A model generated the notes under the pieces. The model worked only from the letters and a program-made list of their open reading frames with translations, was not told where the DNA came from and did not search any database. Shown here in pieces: positions 1-10,454 of a DNA stretch of 64,000 bases. The DNA lies in the NCBI GenBank assembly GCA_054600435.1, contig BAAIJX010000041.1, positions 62,001 to 126,000 of the forward strand, read 5' to 3'. The translations under genes and the position numbers were made by a program. The stretch's first letter is position 1. Each line of letters begins with the position of its first letter. This DNA is from Neophaeotheca triangularis (taxonomy: Eukaryota).

Positions 1-597
1 GCCCACCGCAACGTCGACATCTTCGCCTGGCCGCTCACAGCACCTGCACCCTCCTCCCTAGCTAAGATAACCTACAATACCACCCACGCCGCCATCTCAA
101 ACTACGCATCCCCCAAGCTCAGCCCGGAAGACAGCCTCGTGCGCATAGGCTTCCACCCTGATACCGGGGATAAAGACTCCTGGACGGGCATCGCGACCGC
201 GGCGGGCAATCTCGTCGACGACGTGCAGAAGACGCTCACGCTGCACTTGAATCCCTCGGGGCAGATTAGCCACGTGGGCTTCAAGGCGGAGAGGGGAGGG
301 GCGAGGAGTCCAAAAACCGGGGGCAAGAGTGCGGATGGCGGGTTGGCAGTGGAGGTTGTGAGCATCCCGCCGGCGCCGGCGCCGATTTTGAACAAACCTG
401 TCGTTGTTAAGGAGGATGGGAGTGCGGATGGCGAGGAGCCTGAGAAGAGTTTCTTCCAGAAGTGAGTAGTGGTTTTGTTTTTGCTAAGGCATGATTTGGG
501 TGTCTGTGTGCGTGCTAACTGATTTTGTTATAGGTATTGGTGGGCTTTAGCTGGTGTGCTTGTGCTGCAGCTTGTCTTGAGTGGTGGGGGAAAGTAG
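1..597 (+). CDS. 3' part of an ER membrane protein complex subunit 10 (EMC10)-like protein; 5' end lies outside the window
   Basis: Frame 1 is open from base 1. Intron 462-533 (GTGAGT..GCTAAC..TAG). The spliced C-terminus LNKPVVVKEDG..EPEKSFFQKYWWALAGVLVLQLVLSGGGK* has the EKSFxQKYWW + TM tail typical of fungal EMC10. Confidence 0.7.
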
Positions 598-1086
598 CGT
601 GGAAGAATATTCGCATGTTTAACTAGCCAGCGGCTCCGGTCTGTGGCCAACAACGATCTACGAGAAGCCTTCGGCCCGGAGTAGAAGTAATGTGCGGCCG
701 TTTCGCGATTCGGGAAGAGCACAAGCGCCCGAGCAAGCAGATGAGGCTGACTTGAGCCTGCTGCAGATCCGACAGACCTTTTCGAAGGGACCGGGGAACT
801 TGGTAGATCTGTTGGCTGGGCTCGACACGATGTCCCTGCAAGGCAATCCAGTACCAGCACGACGTTGACACAGTCCAGTCCCCTAGAGAGATCAAACGAC
901 AAGATCGAATCTGTCGGGGCGAATTGGTAAACGATACCAGAAACGACACGAGAGTTCTACTACACTGTTTGGCCGCCACCAATGCAGCAATCTATCAAAA
1001 CCTCACACATTGCCCCTATTTGCCTTAATCTCGACTTTCAGTGGAATAGCTCTCTCTTGCCCGCCAAAATCTCCTTCATCCTCGAC

Positions 1087-1912
1087 CTATAACATACCCT
1101 TCCCCACCTGCTCCTTTCGCTCCTCCCAAACGGTCTTCCCACTACAACTACAAACCGTCTTATCATTATCCCAAACCCCAGCACTCCTCGCAATAACACC
1201 GACAAGCGTATCGACATCCTCCCTATCCGTCCGCACCTCGCGATCCTCCACCTCCCCCTCCCTCAACCGCCTAACAACAATACTCCTCCCAATCATTTCC
1301 CAAATCTGCACCGGACGATCAACAAAAACACTCCCCAACCCGCCCTTGCCAACGTCGACAACCCCCCACCACCCTCTCGCCCTGCCCCCCTCTCTTCCCG
1401 CATCCTCACCCCCCCAAACCCGTCCCGTACTCTCCGCGCCCCGCGAGATATCCCCGCTCTCCCTAACACTAACCCCATACCTCCCCTCCCCGACCCCCTG
1501 CAGCGTGAGATCACACAGCGTCATCCCCGCGCTGACTTGCACCATGCGTATCAGGCCCCTGACGGCATTGTCCAAATTCACGGATGGGTGCGAGCTATGG
1601 GTTTCGAGAATGCAGACGGCGGCGCTTTCAGCTTTTCCTGAGCCGCGCAGAATGGCGTCGCGGCCGGTCGATTGGATTGTTGAGACGATTTGGCTTGGGG
1701 GGGTGGTGCCGGTTATTGAGAGCAGTTGGGAGGGGAGGTTAGCGGTTACGGTGGAGATTCCTGTGCCGGGCGTGTGAGTTTGGAGAGGCTGCTGGCATGG
1801 GGTTTGGGGTGAGGGAGCTACCGTCGAGTTTGTAGAGAGAGGTTGAGACGTCTTGGACGCAGCTTTCGCAGGTCATGGGGACCGCGAAGGTGGTTTCGAA
1901 GGGCGGGATCAT
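1087..1912 (-). CDS. CCS1: Copper chaperone for SOD1
   Basis: ATG 1912. N-terminal HMA motif MTCESC, intron 1761-1821, then TGRDAILRGSG, a SOD-like domain, and C-terminal GVIARSAGVWDNDKTVCSCSGKTVWEE with the CxC motif. Confidence 0.95.
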
Positions 1913-2300
1913 GGTTGGGGTTTGTTCTTTGGTTTGTGCAGTAGTGAGGCTTTGCTTTCTAGCTTCAAGGAGGATAATCCTTATCGTGTACTGGGTAAAG
2001 TGTGAGTTGGAACTTCTCTGTGCAAGAAGACGATGGCATGGTTGCAATGTTATAGCAGTGGGGCACTTTCGTAGAGTCGCTTATGACGCTGCCCGAGGTC
2101 GCTCGCTGTGCCTGCCTCGAGTCGAGAAGATTAGCTAAGCCTTTGCGCGGCTTTCCCGCAGCGCCGCATTCCAGATTGGAGATGCGATGAAGACGATTAA
2201 TTCACGATAACCCTTTTCAACCCGGATACAACCAAAGACTAGCGGAAAGGACGTAACTGACCTCCTCAAATCCCCTATCTCGACTGGCACACACCCAGAA

Positions 2301-2872
2301 ATGTCACAATACGTGGGCAAGGCAAGCCATCCCCACCCCCAATTCCCCAAACCGCTCCAACTAACACCTCCCTCCCTCAGACCCGCCTAGCCTACGCACG
2401 CAGCTGGCACCCAATCTCCCTATCCGCCGACCCGCGGCCCTTGGGGCGCATTGCCTCCTCCATCGCCATAGTCCTGATGGGCAAGCACAAGCCCATCTAC
2501 AACCCCTCGACCGACTGCGGCGACTACGTAGTCGCAACCAACTGCAGCCAACTACACGTGACTGGCAAGAAAATGCAGCAAAAACAATACTACTTCCACA
2601 ACACGCGGCCAGGGAGTCTGAAGCAAATGTCCATGGAGCGCATGGTGGGGAAATGGGGCGGTGGGGAGGTGCTTAGGAGGGCGGTTAGGGGCATGTTGCC
2701 TAAGAATCGGTTGAGGGATGATCGCATGGCGAGGTTGAAGGTTTTTGAGGGTGAGGGGCATCCTTATAAGCAGAATCTGTTGAGGTTAGGCCAGGAGGGG
2801 ACTGTGAGTCGGTTGCCGGAGGTTAGGGGTGCGTTTGAGGAGGGTGTTGTTGGGGGGCCGCCGCCTTCGTAG
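2301..2872 (+). CDS. MRPL23: Mitochondrial large-subunit ribosomal protein uL13m
   Basis: Exon 1 MSQYVGK (2301-2321), GC-AG intron 2322-2380, then TRLAYARSWH..LGRIASSIAIVLMGKHKPIYNPSTDCGDYVV..AVRGMLPKNRLR (uL13 motifs). Divergent from CCS1. Confidence 0.93.
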
Positions 2873-3162
2873 GGATGGGTGTTTGTGTGAAATTGCAGGA
2901 AGATTACCGTGGTTTGGACCTTCTGGTTTTTTGAGGATGGGCGCATATCGGGCTGCTTCTAAAGCATAGCATGGAGTTTTCGAGCACGAGATTCAGGGTT
3001 TGCGGGAATGGGACTGTTCTGTACAGTGGGAACCTTTTGTGGTGTCACGTTTGTATCAAAGATGTATAGCTATTCAAAAATTAAGCTGAGATGCGCAGAC
3101 CAAATCAAGCTGCTCGACAACCAGACGCCGTCGCCTCCCGTATGCAGTCTCAATTCAAACCC

Positions 3163-4137
3163 TCATAGCTTCGCCTTCGCCCTCACATCGTCTCGCGTAA
3201 CAGTGCACTGGATCAAACCATTAGGATCCGTTTGCGGCGCATACACAGTAGCATCGGCTCCCGTGTTCTTAAGTCCCTTGAACCAGCTCATATCTGTAAA
3301 AATCACCTCAGCAAGCGATCCCTCGTCCCAATAAAGCGCCTTCAACTCACCAATCTCAAAATAATGCTTATTTGGCAAACTGTACTCAACACTCTGCACC
3401 CCGTCAGCCGCCCGCAAAATCTTCTCGCTCATCAAGTACATGGTGTTCTGCACAGAGGGACTGTTCTCCGTCGCAAAAGTCTCCAGGGTGATCTTCCTAG
3501 CATCGCTCCAAGCCCGATCAAACCCCTCCCCGACTCCCTCCACTTGCCTCAAATCCTCAAAGTGCCGCCAGTTCCACCCCGCCTCGACTTCCGTCGACAA
3601 AATTCGATCCCACGTCTCCGGCAAACGCGTGTACTCATCGCGATGGAAACCCCAGAACTGCGAGCCCGTGGACTTCAGCACCAAGAGCCCACGAATTCCG
3701 CTGCGGATGTCAATGCCCTGTTCCCGTGTCGCTGTCGCGTCGACCACCCTCGTCTCTGCTCCATCTCTCATGAACGAGTGTGGGTGCGCCTTGCCCTCGA
3801 CGTCCATGCGCGTCCAGCGGTGCACGATGACGTGCACTTCGGCTTTGTCAATGTGCGGGTAGGTGTCGAGGAAGTGCTGGGCGGTTTTGGCGGCGAAGGA
3901 TTCAGGGGGGTTGATGGAATTTTGTTTGGCTAAGAGGTAGATTGTTTGCTTTTGCGTATCTGTGGCGACGATGTTGGTGTTGTCTGCGGCCGTCCAGGAG
4001 GCTGCGATGTCGCCATGAAGGAGCGTGCGGACGGTGAGCTCGGTTACGTCTTGTTCTGAGGGGTTTGAGGGGTTGATGGTGCGTTTGAGTACGCGGACGT
4101 TGTCTTTGCCGTAACGGGCGTGAGTGAGGGACGGCAT
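3163..4137 (-). CDS. uaZ: Uricase (urate oxidase), peroxisomal
   Basis: Motifs YGKDNVRV, VATDTQKQT, LVLKSTGSQF, SPSVQNTMY, LPNKHYF. In-frame 57-nt intron 3294-3350. C-terminal PTS1 -AKL. Confidence 0.97.
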   Translation of the reverse strand: MPSLTHARYGKDNVRVLKRTINPSNPSEQDVTELTVRTLLHGDIAASWTAADNTNIVATDTQKQTIYLLAKQNSINPPESFAAKTAQHFLDTYPHIDKAEVHVIVHRWTRMDVEGKAHPHSFMRDGAETRVVDATATREQGIDIRSGIRGLLVLKSTGSQFWGFHRDEYTRLPETWDRILSTEVEAGWNWRHFEDLRQVEGVGEGFDRAWSDARKITLETFATENSPSVQNTMYLMSEKILRAADGVQSVEYSLPNKHYFEIGELKALYWDEGSLAEVIFTDMSWFKGLKNTGADATVYAPQTDPNGLIQCTVTRDDVRAKAKL

Positions 4138-4464
4138 GGCTGCTGCTTTGGTGGTAAGGGAGGTCTTTGGTGGGTCTGGCGTCTGCTTGGATGATGGTAT
4201 TGTTGAGGATAGATGGGCCTGGCGGGTCGAGCTGGTATGTCAAAGCAGGGGAGGGAGGTAGTGAGGAGAGCAAAGTGGACGTGTGTGAGAACGGGATGGA
4301 GATATAAAAGACGACCTAGCTTTGACCTGTTCTTCTAGTGGGACTGCCGGCGCTCACCGTGTTCAACCCTTGCTGATAGGAAGTATTTAGGTAGTGGTGG
4401 TGACAGAGACAGTACTAGAGTGATAGCTCTCGCAAACGGACGAATGCGCACCAATGGCTTGACG

Positions 4465-4478
4465 TCGGAGCTGGCCGA
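4465..4478. promoter_or_regulatory. UaY-type Zn2Cys6 binding site TCGG-N6-CCGA upstream of uricase, with nearby HGATAR (AreA-type) sites at 4374 and 4421
   Basis: TCGGagctggCCGA matches the Aspergillus nidulans UaY consensus exactly and lies ~330 bp upstream of the uricase ATG. Confidence 0.7.
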
Positions 4479-5063
4479 AGCAGTCGGGCTTCCTGAGTGG
4501 GCCTTGACATCAGGTGATGTGTGGGCCTGCCGCCTGTGTGAGATATGTATAGCCTAATCTACGGAAGAATATGAAATCCAACCGTCTTTCTGAAGCAGAG
4601 TCAAACGCACTATACCGGGTGTCATCGATTGATGAATACTAAGTACAGTCAAGTGAATGTGGTAGCAAGAAGTAGAGGTAGGGCTCGAGCCTTGGCACCG
4701 CCCTCGAACCCACGCCTGAAGACGACCTCACAGGTGGTACCTACTAGTACTACCGCTGGATGCATTTGTTGTCCCAGGGTCCAGGGAATCTGACCTCCCT
4801 GAACTCTGATTGACATCTCGAAATCAGCCTCAGTCTCAGCTGGGCAACATTGCTCACATATCTTGGTCAGCCTCAATGGACGTCCGCCTGGGATAGCACG
4901 TCCAACAAGGCTTACTTTTGCGCCCGTTAGACCCTAATTGTATCACCACGTACCTTATGCTCTACCAACGGAAACGCACCCTCCATGCACGGAGACGTAG
5001 ACGATAGACGCGCACCGGATCGAGCATCACCAATGTGGCCACCAGAGATTCCAGTGGGCTTAG

Positions 5064-8000
5064 ATGACGCCTACCATAAGACCGACTGGTCCCTTTGCGG
5101 ACAGCCAGCACCAGGGCCAACCTCATCACCACCATCAACATGAAGGAGCTAGAGGGCTTCATCCGCCTCCGAGGCCAAGCAAGGATCGCACCCCTTCTTC
5201 GAATAGCGTCGCGACGATCAAGCAAATGCAACACGGTCACTCTTATGCGCGAAGTGCTGGTCCGCAACCGGGATCCTTCGCTGCTGATTTCAAACCGGCC
5301 GTCGCCCGCCCCGACATGTCGAGGGCGGACTTATCCCATTACCCCTTTCACGAGGAGAGCGGCGATGTCACGAGCTCAGAGCATCGACAAGCTCAGTATA
5401 GGCAGAAAATCGACAAGGAGATGAAGATTAAGCTTGGATCGGAGAATATGCTTGAAGCATTAAATGCGAAGAATCACAAACAGACGCGCGAACAGCGCAA
5501 GATGGTGGAGTCGGAACTCAATACTTCCAACAAAAAAATCGCGCAGTGGAAGTTGGACTTGGAAGAGGAGATTACAAGAAGCAAAGAACAGCCCGCAAGT
5601 CCCATGCCCAGGTTATCTCAACTCTTCCAAAGCGCGCCGATACGGTCGCCAACAGCTGAAGAGTCGCTTTTTGGAGACGCCGAACATAAACACAAGGATG
5701 ACACCGAAGGCGAATCAGCCTCTTACGTTCTGGCTGAGATACTGCAGGCTCTGGAAGCGGAAGACTTGCACTCGGACTACTACGTCAATCACGCCAATGA
5801 GTTGGTAGAACTGTTTAAGAGACACCCCACGCTCAAGTATGATTTGGCATGGTCGATCTTTGGACTCCGAATGCAGATGATGCTGCTTTCATCAAGCCGA
5901 GAAGTCGTTGCCGCAGGCTATAGGGTCATGCGCTACGCCATTACCGACCGCAAATCGCTGCAGACGATACGCACGCTAAACACCGATTATATTGTCATCC
6001 TGAGCTTGGTCAAGGAGAGCAAAGCTCGCGTGGAACGGGAACAAGCTCTCAAGTTCATTAGAGCTTTTCTGGATGTCAAAGATGGCGCGCTAGAGATACA
6101 TCCCGCCATTGCGCGCATAGTCGTGGCGGTGGCGGAACATCACGAAGACCAATTGCGGAGTATCGCCATTTTGACAGTCGCCGAGATGCTGCTCAAGCAC
6201 CCTCATCTCGTTGTCGATGCTGGCGGTATTGGCGTGTTGTCTGAGGCAATGGGAAACGGCGCGTACCCGGCTCCGGACGCTCTCATACACCCCTTGCTCT
6301 ACCTAATGGATCTGCCTGCACGGAGAGGGATGTTGAAATCTGGTTTCGAGTTCAGCTCAGCTTTTGCGAGCTTCACTGAGCCTCACTTTTCGCACACCTT
6401 CGAAGACAGACTGAAGGCCAGCTCGAAAGTCATCGCTGCCATGTTCAAGAGTTGGTCGGGATTAATGACATTGTCACTGCACGACTTCCTGCCCGTGCGA
6501 TCGGTCATCGGATCGCTTTATATCGGCTCCGTCCCCGTCAGGCCCGCGGTGCTAGATTTGCTCATCGACATACTGCGCATTAAACCGCCTGCTTGGTCTT
6601 CTTCGTTCATCGGGGGCAGGCGACTCACGACTTATGGTCGAGTTACGAATCTCAAAGCAGAGCCAACAGCTGCTCCGGCCTCAAAGCAAGAAGACGACCA
6701 CGGTGAGCGCAAGCGCAGTCTAGTCGACCATTTCACCGCCGTGGTCTTGGTGGTTCTGCTTCGACAGGGGCTGCTGAAGGGGTTAATGCATGCTGAAAGC
6801 AACTCGCCAAGCGAAGAACTCACCAGAAAAACGCACTTGATCATTGCGGAAGTCTTGAAGATGGCGAGTGAGTTGTTGCCAAGCTCGTGGAATGGCGAGC
6901 TACAGACACTGCCTGGTCTTGTCGAAGCGGCCATCAAGTTCAAAGACGAAACGCGTTTCCAGGCCACCCACACCGTGTATCAAGTCGATAGCGTCAATCG
7001 CACACTCTACCGCTTGCTGCCAGGACAGAGCGTAGGAGGGAAAAATGACGACCCGGCAGTGGCAGCTCGAGCCCGAGCTAGTTCGAAATCGCATATTACG
7101 GCCGGTGTGGACGAGGCCACGTTTCGTGCCTTGATGATTGAAACGCAGGTCCTGAGCACTGTCAACTACACAAAATGGAAATGGGACATCATACAACAAA
7201 TCATAGAAGGGCCGCTCCTGAATCCCAGACGGTTACACGAGGCTATGGTAGCAACAAAATTTGTCCACCGCATCCTTGGTTTCTTGCGGCCTTTCAAGTA
7301 TCGCTTCTCAGATGCTCCGAACACAAAAGCAAACCAACGATATGTGCGCGCCGGGTGCGCGTTGGCGAAGACTCTTCTACAAACACCAGAGGGGGCGAAG
7401 CATTTGGCCGAGTCCAAGACGATACGGCAGCTGGCCGAGAATATGGCCCAGATGGACAGCGAGAGCGGTTTGACAGCGGCCGATCCACTCTTCTCGGCTG
7501 TCCGATTGTCAGAGACGCTCGTAGGGGGCTACTTCCAGATTCTAGGCGCAATGTGTCAAGATCAAAGAGGCTTGTCCATACTAGAAAGGTGGAAGTTTGT
7601 GAACATGTTCTATCATATCGTTGAAAGGCGCAATCGAGATGACTTGATCCGCACCTTGCTCACAAGCCTCGACTATTCTCTCGACTCTCATCCGCGCATC
7701 ATTCTTGCAAAAGCTATGGTCGCTAGTTCGAAGCCCATGCGCATAGCTGCGACACGCATATTGCGCAAGTATGCCAACCTTCCCATATCAGCGACGGATG
7801 GCAACAATGGTAGCGGGCCGGCACAGTGGGCCATACGACTACTCGTCGGTCAGCTCTACGACCCCGAAATCGAAGTGTGCGAAGTTGCCATCAAGATCCT
7901 CGAGGAAGCTTGCAATGATATCGACTCCCTCGAGTACGTCGTCAAATGTCGTCCAGCCCTCGACCACCTAGGCGAAATAGGCGCACCACTACTCCTCCGC

Positions 8001-9020
8001 TTCCTAAGTACGAGCGTCGGGTATCACTATCTCGACGGGCTAGACTATATCACGCGCGAAATGGACGATTGGTTCCTTGGTCGCAACGATAGCTACGTGA
8101 CCCTCGTCGAAGCCTCACTCGCACGCGCACTCTCAGACACACCACATCCATCATCTCCTCACACGGCCTTTGACGACACCCACCCCGAGGTGCCCACCGA
8201 CCTTGGAGCCGTGCCGCCCCACTTCTACCGCGAACTCACACGTACGCACGAAGGCTGTGCCCTCCTGGCCTCAAAGCAGCACTTCACCGAGTTCGCCGCC
8301 ACCATTTCCGATTTTGCACACGAGCAAAGCGACGCGGAAACAATCCTCAAAGTCAAAGGCTGTCTGTGGGCCGTGGGCAACGTGGGCAGCATGGAGCTCG
8401 GCGCGCCCTTTCTGGAGGAAAGCGACGTAGTCAAGGACATTGTGTCCATCGCGGAGAATAGCGAAGTCATGACATTGCGAGGCACGGCGTTCTTCGTGCT
8501 AGGCCTCATAAGCCGGAGTCTGCACGGCCAGGAGCTGTTGGCCGAGTACGGCTGGGACGGCACAACCAGCGAAGCCGGCGAGGGCCTGGGCTACTGCCTC
8601 CCGCTCGACTTCACCCAGCTCTTCTCCCTCGGGCCCTCGTCAACGGCGGCCACCGCTCCCGGCATCCGCGCTCGTCGCCCCTCCCTCCCCGCTGACCCCG
8701 ACCCCACGACCCGCGAACTCCTCGCCAGCGTCACCAAGCTCGGCAATACGGTCCTAACGAACAAAGCCCTGGCGGAGCTGAGCGCCCTCAAACATCGCGC
8801 TGATGTCAAGGGTTTCGGCAGCGTCGAGGTTTTCGGCAAAGTCATGGTTGTCTTGGCGAGTCATGGGTATAGGATTCCGCAGTGGCGGTTCGTGTGTGAT
8901 TTGTTCGAGACGGATGTTTTGAGGAGGTTGGTGCTGGAGGAGGGGGATCCGGAGGATGATGAGGGGGAAGAGGGGGAGGAGAGTGCGAGTGAGAGTGCGA
9001 GTGGGAGTGAGAGTGATTGA
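5064..9020 (+). CDS. AVO3: TORC2 subunit Rictor (Avo3/Tsc11; S. pombe Ste20), 1318 aa, apparently intronless
   Basis: N-terminal HR1/REM-like segment (KIDKEMKIKLGSENMLEAL), armadillo-like Rictor N/M regions, HFYRELTRTHEGC, and domain V motifs LWAVGNVGS..LRGTAFFVLGLIS. Confidence 0.92.
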   Translation: MTPTIRPTGPFADSQHQGQPHHHHQHEGARGLHPPPRPSKDRTPSSNSVATIKQMQHGHSYARSAGPQPGSFAADFKPAVARPDMSRADLSHYPFHEESGDVTSSEHRQAQYRQKIDKEMKIKLGSENMLEALNAKNHKQTREQRKMVESELNTSNKKIAQWKLDLEEEITRSKEQPASPMPRLSQLFQSAPIRSPTAEESLFGDAEHKHKDDTEGESASYVLAEILQALEAEDLHSDYYVNHANELVELFKRHPTLKYDLAWSIFGLRMQMMLLSSSREVVAAGYRVMRYAITDRKSLQTIRTLNTDYIVILSLVKESKARVEREQALKFIRAFLDVKDGALEIHPAIARIVVAVAEHHEDQLRSIAILTVAEMLLKHPHLVVDAGGIGVLSEAMGNGAYPAPDALIHPLLYLMDLPARRGMLKSGFEFSSAFASFTEPHFSHTFEDRLKASSKVIAAMFKSWSGLMTLSLHDFLPVRSVIGSLYIGSVPVRPAVLDLLIDILRIKPPAWSSSFIGGRRLTTYGRVTNLKAEPTAAPASKQEDDHGERKRSLVDHFTAVVLVVLLRQGLLKGLMHAESNSPSEELTRKTHLIIAEVLKMASELLPSSWNGELQTLPGLVEAAIKFKDETRFQATHTVYQVDSVNRTLYRLLPGQSVGGKNDDPAVAARARASSKSHITAGVDEATFRALMIETQVLSTVNYTKWKWDIIQQIIEGPLLNPRRLHEAMVATKFVHRILGFLRPFKYRFSDAPNTKANQRYVRAGCALAKTLLQTPEGAKHLAESKTIRQLAENMAQMDSESGLTAADPLFSAVRLSETLVGGYFQILGAMCQDQRGLSILERWKFVNMFYHIVERRNRDDLIRTLLTSLDYSLDSHPRIILAKAMVASSKPMRIAATRILRKYANLPISATDGNNGSGPAQWAIRLLVGQLYDPEIEVCEVAIKILEEACNDIDSLEYVVKCRPALDHLGEIGAPLLLRFLSTSVGYHYLDGLDYITREMDDWFLGRNDSYVTLVEASLARALSDTPHPSSPHTAFDDTHPEVPTDLGAVPPHFYRELTRTHEGCALLASKQHFTEFAATISDFAHEQSDAETILKVKGCLWAVGNVGSMELGAPFLEESDVVKDIVSIAENSEVMTLRGTAFFVLGLISRSLHGQELLAEYGWDGTTSEAGEGLGYCLPLDFTQLFSLGPSSTAATAPGIRARRPSLPADPDPTTRELLASVTKLGNTVLTNKALAELSALKHRADVKGFGSVEVFGKVMVVLASHGYRIPQWRFVCDLFETDVLRRLVLEEGDPEDDEGEEGEESASESASGSESD

Positions 9021-9493
9021 GGCGCGACGAGGATGATTACATGTGTTTACGAAGGCGTTTTTTTTTTTTTCTTTGGGGGGTGTCTTGGGTGTTCTGGGTG
9101 TGTGGAACGGTGGGGAGGCTAGGCTCGGCTTGGTTCTTTGATGCGTGTGCTACCAGCATCCGCGGCGGTGTTGTTTAGGTATACAGTCCGGGTTGCCGGT
9201 CAAGATATCCGAGAGCCTTTGGCAGTAGCGTGTGCCAGCGGGATTTCGCTGGCCATTGAACGCCCATCTCCTAGTGTCTATGCTACACCATGGCGACCGT
9301 CATCGATCTTATATATTATACATCAAATGCCAGCCCGCGTAGACACATACCACGACAGCTCAGTGAGTCTAGGGCATCGGTGGCAGAGGTTTGGGCATGC
9401 GATTGTGGCGGGGAAGTTTGGACAAGGCTTGAGCGGTTCGTGTAGCCTGTGTCGAGCTTGTGGGTAGATGATAGAAGAGATCTAGAGGTGCGA

Positions 9494-10393
9494 ATGCAAT
9501 GGCATCGCTTTTTCCCGCTCCTGTCTGTCGTCCGATCTGCCTATAGAAGCTTACAGCGGACGTTGTTGTCTACAAGTAAGACAGCATACGCCGCCTTTTG
9601 CTTGAAGTAGGATAAATACCTTGCTTCTTCAGATCGAATGTTCAACGACATAGAACTCCAGTCCATAGCCGGGCAGATAGATGAGTTGGTGGAGAACGTA
9701 GCGGTAGACCTGCCCGAGTAGGGGAACCTAGGCACGCTACGACATCGCTTTGAGAATAAGACGAATCGCAGCAGTTTGCTCAATACTTCGGGTCTTTTCA
9801 ATAAGGTGGGGAGCTTGGAGCAGAATGTCACGGACATAACTACTTGATGGCGACGGCGAGATACGCGAAGAAACTTGAATAGGCTTATGCACCTTGACTT
9901 TTGTGTGAGGTTCGTTATATTCGGTCGTAAGAGTAACAATTCAAACCCTAGCAAGATGCTATAAACCTAACCGGCAGATTTTGAAGCGTTTATAGACACC
10001 GACTTCTTAGTCGCACTTTATGCTTCTACGAAACAACACTTCCGCTAGGGCTTTAGCGGCTACATGTAATAAGACTAGAGATGCATCGCGAATAATAACT
10101 TAGACTTTAAGCTCGAGGACATCACGTTTTGCCGTGTACATATATAGAATGGCACCTAGGACTTCAACTGCCTATTACACACAGCTGAATAGCTCTCCGA
10201 CATACTAGGAGGAGATACTCGGTAATATGTTGTTAAGGGGACGCATATAAGTACCATGGTTGGCTGCGCCGAGGATGTCTTAAGAGACATGTTAAAGAGT
10301 GACTAGAGGGTCTATAGCGGTCCGACATACTGTAGCAAGGCTATCTCCTCGATAAATCTATTGAACGAGCTCCGTCGTTATCGTATTGTTTAA
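9494..10393 (+). pseudogene. RIP-inactivated alpha/beta-hydrolase-like gene remnant
   Basis: One frame from ATG 9494 has 14 internal stops, 13 of them TAA/TAG. Read-through gives STKQHFR*GFSGYM**D..DFKLEDITFCRVHI*NGT*DFN..*YVVKGTHIS, resembling the C-terminal half of fungal alpha/beta hydrolases (FRQG..D..F.LEDI..V.LW.G..D.N...TH). Confidence 0.65.
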
Positions 10394-10454
10394 GTCTGAA
10401 GGCCACTCTAGCCTATGATCTCAGTTGCCGACTGTAGGTTTTACGCTATCTTCT

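Noticed and set aside
2124..2135. GAGAAGATTAGC resembling the U6 snRNA core
   Set aside because: Only 12 nt match; the ACAGAGA box and flanking U6 sequence are absent.
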